DNA of 21,235 nucleotides from a virus. A program made the translations under genes and the position numbers. Below, piece by piece: positions 17,944-21,235 of this stretch. Numbering within the stretch: the stretch's first letter is position 1; every line of letters starts with the position of its first letter. The notes beneath the pieces were generated by a model. It had not been told where the DNA came from. It saw nothing but the letters and a program-made list of their open reading frames with translations, and searched no databases. The DNA lies in IMG/VR virus record IMGVR_UViG_3300040771_000271, positions 1 to 21,235 of that record. The stretch is one strand, 5' to 3'.

Positions 17944-18400
17944 TTTATTATATGATAAAATTGTAAACACTTATAAACAGTATTTACAATATCAAGAACT
18001 AATTTCGGCGAAAGAAAAAGATTTAGAAGCTAGAAAAAACGATATAGCTAAAATTTTAATAGAGTCTGAATTTGAAGAGGATGTTGAAGGTATTGCTTTT
18101 GAAGTGTTTACAGAAGTATCTCTCTATAAAAATGATTTAAAAATACTAGGTCATAAACTATATATTTTAGTCGATGGGTATGTAGAAGTAAAAGAGTTAG
18201 AAACTAAATTAGAAGATAACATACTAGAACTCTGTAAAAATTTAGAATCAGGAATACCAAAAAATAATTTCTTTATAAATAACTCCTCAGAAATTGAAGA
18301 AAAAGAAAAAGGATTTATTAATAAAGTTAAAGAATCTCAAGTAAAATCTGGAGCTATGAAAAACTTAGTGAACGAATTAAAAAGCTTACTAAACATCTAA
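17933..18400 (+). CDS. hypothetical coiled-coil protein; start revised to the ATG at 17933
   Basis: In-frame ATG overlapping the end of the previous gene. Confidence 0.65.
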   Translation: MKTNLLYDKIVNTYKQYLQYQELISAKEKDLEARKNDIAKILIESEFEEDVEGIAFEVFTEVSLYKNDLKILGHKLYILVDGYVEVKELETKLEDNILELCKNLESGIPKNNFFINNSSEIEEKEKGFINKVKESQVKSGAMKNLVNELKSLLNI

Positions 18401-18412
18401 AAACCAATTTAA

Positions 18413-18450
18413 AACCTCTTAGTTTAGTTACTGAGAGGTTATTTTCATTT
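18413..18450 (+). terminator. terminator-like hairpin before terL
   Basis: AACCTCTTAG-N8-CTGAGAGGTT followed by ATTTTCATTT. Confidence 0.55.
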
Positions 18451-18458
18451 ATATAAAT

Positions 18459-21089
18459 ATGAGCAGTACAATTAAGGACGCTATAAATAAAAACAAACCG
18501 CATTTCTTAAAATATAAGAAGTACTTAACAGATAATGATTGGACAAAAATAAAAAGAAAAGACTCCGCAGAAGAGTTAAAGGGAAAGTCAAAATCAACAG
18601 TTGAACTAAGAGAAGAGGAATTTAAAGTACAAAATGAATTAGTTAAAGCTATTTTAGAAAGATTAAAAACTTTTGTAAAAAAACATGATGCAGATAGAGA
18701 TTTAAAAACATTTAAAGATTTTGTAAAAGAGACTATTGTTATTATAGAACTTCACACAAATAGGGCGGATAACTACACTACAGACTCTGACTTAACAAAA
18801 ATAAAAGATATTGATTTAAGGGCAAGTGAAATAGCATTTCACAATGCTCTTTTCAAAGCAGTTTCTTCTATAGAAGATACCCTTTCAAGTTTAAATATTA
18901 AAGAGGACAGTACACAAACAGATGGTATAATTTTTCACGATAATAAGAAAGCCCAACTAGCAATGCATGATATGTTAGCTGGAGGAGATTCCCCTTTATA
19001 TCCAGAAATAAACGTTATCTTAGAAAAAATGGGAATAGATTTTACAAGTCTTCCTAAAAACGAGATGCTTATTTATATGGATGATATTCCAAAATGGAAT
19101 ACATCTAAACACTATTGGGAGCAAGAAAAAGAAACACTTCAATTTTATGTTGATGAATTTAAAAAAATAAGAAATGGTATTATAATAGATGGAGTTCACA
19201 TTGAACCTTGGCTTTATTATCATTTAAATATTTTTGTTACATCTTATCCAGACGAAAGAGTAAACCCTTTAACAGGAGAATTAGAATTATATAATAAGAT
19301 AGGTTCTCCTCCCGCTAGAGACAATGAGTGGTGGGTTATACAAGATAATTATGCTAAAGCAAAAAAAGACGGGTTAATGCTCTTTCTTGCTGCTACACGT
19401 AGAGCAGCTAAAACAACTTTATTAGCTTCTCATTTAGATTGGTGCGCTACAATAGGTAAATTAAATATATTGTGTGCAGGAGGAAGTACAAAAGATCTTG
19501 ACCAAATAGAAGCTAACTTTAAAATAACAACTCTTAAAAAAAACCCTGCCTTTAAAATTTATAATATAAATGATGATTGGACTAAAAAAATAGAGTTAGG
19601 GTTAAAGAAAAAAGATGGTAAAAACTTAATACTTTCCATATTACACATTATAAACTTAAATAAAGGAGGAAGTAGCAGTTCTGAGATTTTAGCAGGTTAC
19701 ACACCAGACGCAGTAGTTATTGATGAGATTATGAAAGTAGCTTTTATAGATCAATTAGCAGCTTTAAAACCTGCACTAGGGGCAACTACAGCTAAACGAT
19801 GCGTTGTAATTCTTTCAGGAACGGCGGGTAATGAAGAGTTGGCAAAAGATGCTTTTAAAGTTTTAAGTGATCCAGCAGCAAATGATGTACTAGGAATGCA
19901 GTGGGATATATTAAATAGTAGAGTAGATTTAGAAGATAGAACTTGGAAAGAGAGAAAATTTGGAACATTCATACCAGGTCAAATGTGCCAAAAAGAAGGG
20001 CTTATTAAAAAAGATTCTAACTTAGCAGAATTTTTAAAAAAATCCCAATCTAAAAATTTAGAAAAGATAAAAATTAAAATAACTAATTGGAAGTTAGCTA
20101 AAGAAGTTTTATTAGAAGCTAGAAAAAAAGTAAAAGGAGATCATAAACTTGCAACCAAAGAAAAATTATATCATCCAATAGACCCAGAAGAAATGTTATT
20201 GTCTTCTAAGACTAACCCTTTTCCACATGAAGAGGGTAAAAAACATCTTAATAGAATAAGAGAAGAAGGTCTTACAGGAAGAAAAATGGATATAACTAGA
20301 GACATGGGGAAAGTTGTAGCAAATTCTTCTGATAAGATACTACCTCAGTTTCCACATGGTGGAGGCTATCATGATTCCCCTGCAATAATATTTGGCGATT
20401 TCCCAACAGAAAAGCCACCAAGAGGCTTATATGTAGCGTCTTTAGATGATTACAAGCAAGAACAAGCTGATAGTGACTCTTTAGGTTGCTTTGTAATATA
20501 TAAAAGACAATCAGGAAATGACGAATACGGAGATAGAATAGCTGCAATATATACTTCAAGACCAGACCCCCATAGTAAATTTCATAGATGGGGACACATG
20601 CTATTAGAAGCTTACAATGCTGAATGTCTTATGGAAAATGAAGATATGGAGTTTAAATTATACCTTGATACCATAAAACAAACAGAAACCTATTTAGTTC
20701 CATCTTTTAATGTAGCAGGAGACTTAGTTTTAAAAAGTAACAATAGAAGGACTTATGGTATATCACCATCTGGAAATAAATCTACAATTATAAATAAAGC
20801 AGTTAATTATGCCAAAGCAACTCATAAACTATTAGATGAAAATAACGAAGAGTATACTGTTTTAGGAATAGAGCTTGTAAATGATGAGATGTTATTAGAA
20901 GAAATGATAAACTATAGAGAAGGTGAAAATCACGATAGGATAACCACTTTTGGAATAGCTTTAATACAGGCTCACTATCTTGATGCCACATACGTAGAGG
21001 CTAGATTAAAAGAGCCTGTAAGAAGAGAAGAAAGCATTAGAGTTAATCAAAATAAATTATTTACACACACTCGTAGAAAGCTGTTTTAG
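18459..21089 (+). CDS. terL: terminase large subunit with long N-terminal extension
   Basis: Walker A TRRAAKT, Walker B VVIDE, coupling motif SGTAG, RNase H-like nuclease ASLDDY...DSLG...ENE...NHDR. Confidence 0.88.
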   Translation: MSSTIKDAINKNKPHFLKYKKYLTDNDWTKIKRKDSAEELKGKSKSTVELREEEFKVQNELVKAILERLKTFVKKHDADRDLKTFKDFVKETIVIIELHTNRADNYTTDSDLTKIKDIDLRASEIAFHNALFKAVSSIEDTLSSLNIKEDSTQTDGIIFHDNKKAQLAMHDMLAGGDSPLYPEINVILEKMGIDFTSLPKNEMLIYMDDIPKWNTSKHYWEQEKETLQFYVDEFKKIRNGIIIDGVHIEPWLYYHLNIFVTSYPDERVNPLTGELELYNKIGSPPARDNEWWVIQDNYAKAKKDGLMLFLAATRRAAKTTLLASHLDWCATIGKLNILCAGGSTKDLDQIEANFKITTLKKNPAFKIYNINDDWTKKIELGLKKKDGKNLILSILHIINLNKGGSSSSEILAGYTPDAVVIDEIMKVAFIDQLAALKPALGATTAKRCVVILSGTAGNEELAKDAFKVLSDPAANDVLGMQWDILNSRVDLEDRTWKERKFGTFIPGQMCQKEGLIKKDSNLAEFLKKSQSKNLEKIKIKITNWKLAKEVLLEARKKVKGDHKLATKEKLYHPIDPEEMLLSSKTNPFPHEEGKKHLNRIREEGLTGRKMDITRDMGKVVANSSDKILPQFPHGGGYHDSPAIIFGDFPTEKPPRGLYVASLDDYKQEQADSDSLGCFVIYKRQSGNDEYGDRIAAIYTSRPDPHSKFHRWGHMLLEAYNAECLMENEDMEFKLYLDTIKQTETYLVPSFNVAGDLVLKSNNRRTYGISPSGNKSTIINKAVNYAKATHKLLDENNEEYTVLGIELVNDEMLLEEMINYREGENHDRITTFGIALIQAHYLDATYVEARLKEPVRREESIRVNQNKLFTHTRRKLF

Positions 21090-21108
21090 CACTAACTATT
21101 TAAGGAAT

Positions 21109-21139
21109 TTTGCAATATAAGTAATAAAACTTAAATTTG
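21109..21139 (+). promoter_or_regulatory. Bacteroidota-type promoter
   Basis: TTTG-N19-TAAATTTG. Confidence 0.6.
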
Positions 21140-21167
21140 TAAATTAAAACACACTAAATTTAGTATT

Positions 21168-21235
21168 TTGAGTAATAACGCATATCATAACTTTTTTAAC
21201 GGTGTAGGATTATCTGGAGAGAATTCTTCAGCACT
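21168..21235 (+). CDS. 5' end of the next gene (portal by position only)
   Basis: TTG start, open to the window end (MSNNAYHNFFNGVGLSGENSSA). Confidence 0.4.
   Translation, partial: MSNNAYHNFFNGVGLSGENSSA

Noticed and set aside
19020-20991. Four minus-strand ORFs inside terL
   Set aside because: Antisense shadows of the terminase gene.

Overview
AT-rich, A-rich-on-coding-strand segment of a large tailed dsDNA phage. The host is most likely Bacteroidota (Flavobacteriales), inferred from repeated TTTG-N20-TAnnTTTG promoters, a BT4734/VirE-N-type primase, a DUF1573-like gene and a crAss/Cellulophaga-phage-type terminase. Two divergent arms meet at about 14450. The minus-strand arm (1-14417) covers replication, recombination and accessory functions: primase-polymerase, SF2 helicase, HNH-like nuclease, RecA/UvsX, a possible UvsY, PhoH, two GIY-YIG nucleases, a dATP/dGTP diphosphohydrolase, a putative SSB, GroES, tRNA-Asn(GTT) and tRNA(CAT). 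The plus-strand arm (14582-21235) covers packaging and assembly: wHTH-like protein, HU/IHF-like protein, GroEL, a Cys-rich protein, a DUF1573-like protein and the terminase large subunit. The most interesting unexplained signals are: an attC-like hairpin just downstream of a promoter (159-282); two candidate pseudoknotted ncRNAs co-transcribed with the tRNA(CAT) (4772-5030); a switch-like primase leader; an internally duplicated N-terminal domain on the terminase; and groES and groEL split about 15 kb apart on opposite strands. All protein calls come from motif recognition by eye; no searches were run.
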